Source: Podarcis melisellensis
Taxonomy: Eukaryota
Direction: 5' to 3' (one strand)
Assembly (NCBI GenBank): GCA_964234715.1
Contig: OZ174275.1
DNA: 64,000 nucleotides
Shown here: in pieces, positions 63,633-64,000 of the stretch
How positions within the stretch are numbered: position 1 is the first letter of the stretch
Layout: every line of letters starts with the position of its first letter
Made by a program: the position numbers and the translations under genes
The notes under the pieces: generated by a model
Seen by the model: only the letters and a program-made list of their open reading frames with translations
Database searches by the model: none
What the model was told of the DNA's origin: nothing

Positions 63633-63709
63633 CTTGCCATGTGCAGCATGGGCTCCTGAATGTTATAGCCAGTCCTTGCACTGCACTCATAGAAAACAGC
63701 TTTATATTC
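63633..63709 (-). CDS. CRACR2B: Penultimate exon of a Rab-domain gene, probably CRACR2B/EFCAB4A (EYKAVFYECSARTGYNIQEPMLHMA-R)
   Basis: 77 nt with acceptor ctttttgcag and GT donor at 63632-63631, ending in phase 2. Contains the small-GTPase G5 box (ECSA) and resembles the CRACR2A/Rab46 C-terminus. The symbol rests on synteny with CD151. Confidence 0.8.
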
Positions 63710-63774
63710 CTGCAAAAAGAGGGAAAGAAGGCAGAAAGTAACTTCAATCAACAATTGTCAGAGTCTGCCACTGG

Positions 63775-63790
63775 AATAATAATAATAATA

Positions 63791-63853
<63 letters not shown>

Positions 63854-63960
63854 TTATTATTTATACCCCGCCCATCTGGCTGGGCCTCCCCAGCCACTCT
63901 GGGCGGCTTCCATAAAAACCAAAAATACAGTAAAATCACACGTTAAAAACTTCCCTGAAC
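63775..63960 (-). mobile_element. L2-clade LINE 3' end with expanded (AAT)n microsatellite tail
   Basis: (aat)n at 63775-63853, followed by ttataccccgcccatctggctggg...ccactctgggcggcttcc. Same family as 45399-45738. Confidence 0.85.
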
Positions 63961-64000
63961 ATTCCCTGAATAACATTTTCCCCCTTTCTTGCTATACCCA

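Noticed and set aside
63560-63946. Poly-Asn and poly-Leu ORFs
   Set aside because: They are translations of the (AAT)n LINE tail.

Overview
This is vertebrate genomic DNA, most likely from a lacertid lizard (inferred from a full-length Sauria SINE and a tRNA-Ile/CR1-tail SINE). It contains the complete coding region of the tetraspanin CD151 on the minus strand: 7 coding exons from 33776 to 17410, all GT-AG, encoding 252 aa. A CpG-island promoter lies at about 54.1-54.95 kb. Upstream on the same strand are the last two exons of a Rab-GTPase-domain gene ending ...FYECSARTGYNIQEPMLHMARILTAQEDKQREQALHLEEYNKRKGCCL*. Its position matches CRACR2B/EFCAB4A, whose annotated human protein has no Rab domain, so this appears to be a 'large Rab' form of CRACR2B with a prenylation tail. 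The rest is intronic or intergenic, with SINEs, CR1 and L2 LINE fragments, hAT and Tc1/mariner MITEs, microsatellites and several long inverted repeats inside the CD151 transcription unit. Almost all ORFs in the supplied track are spurious.
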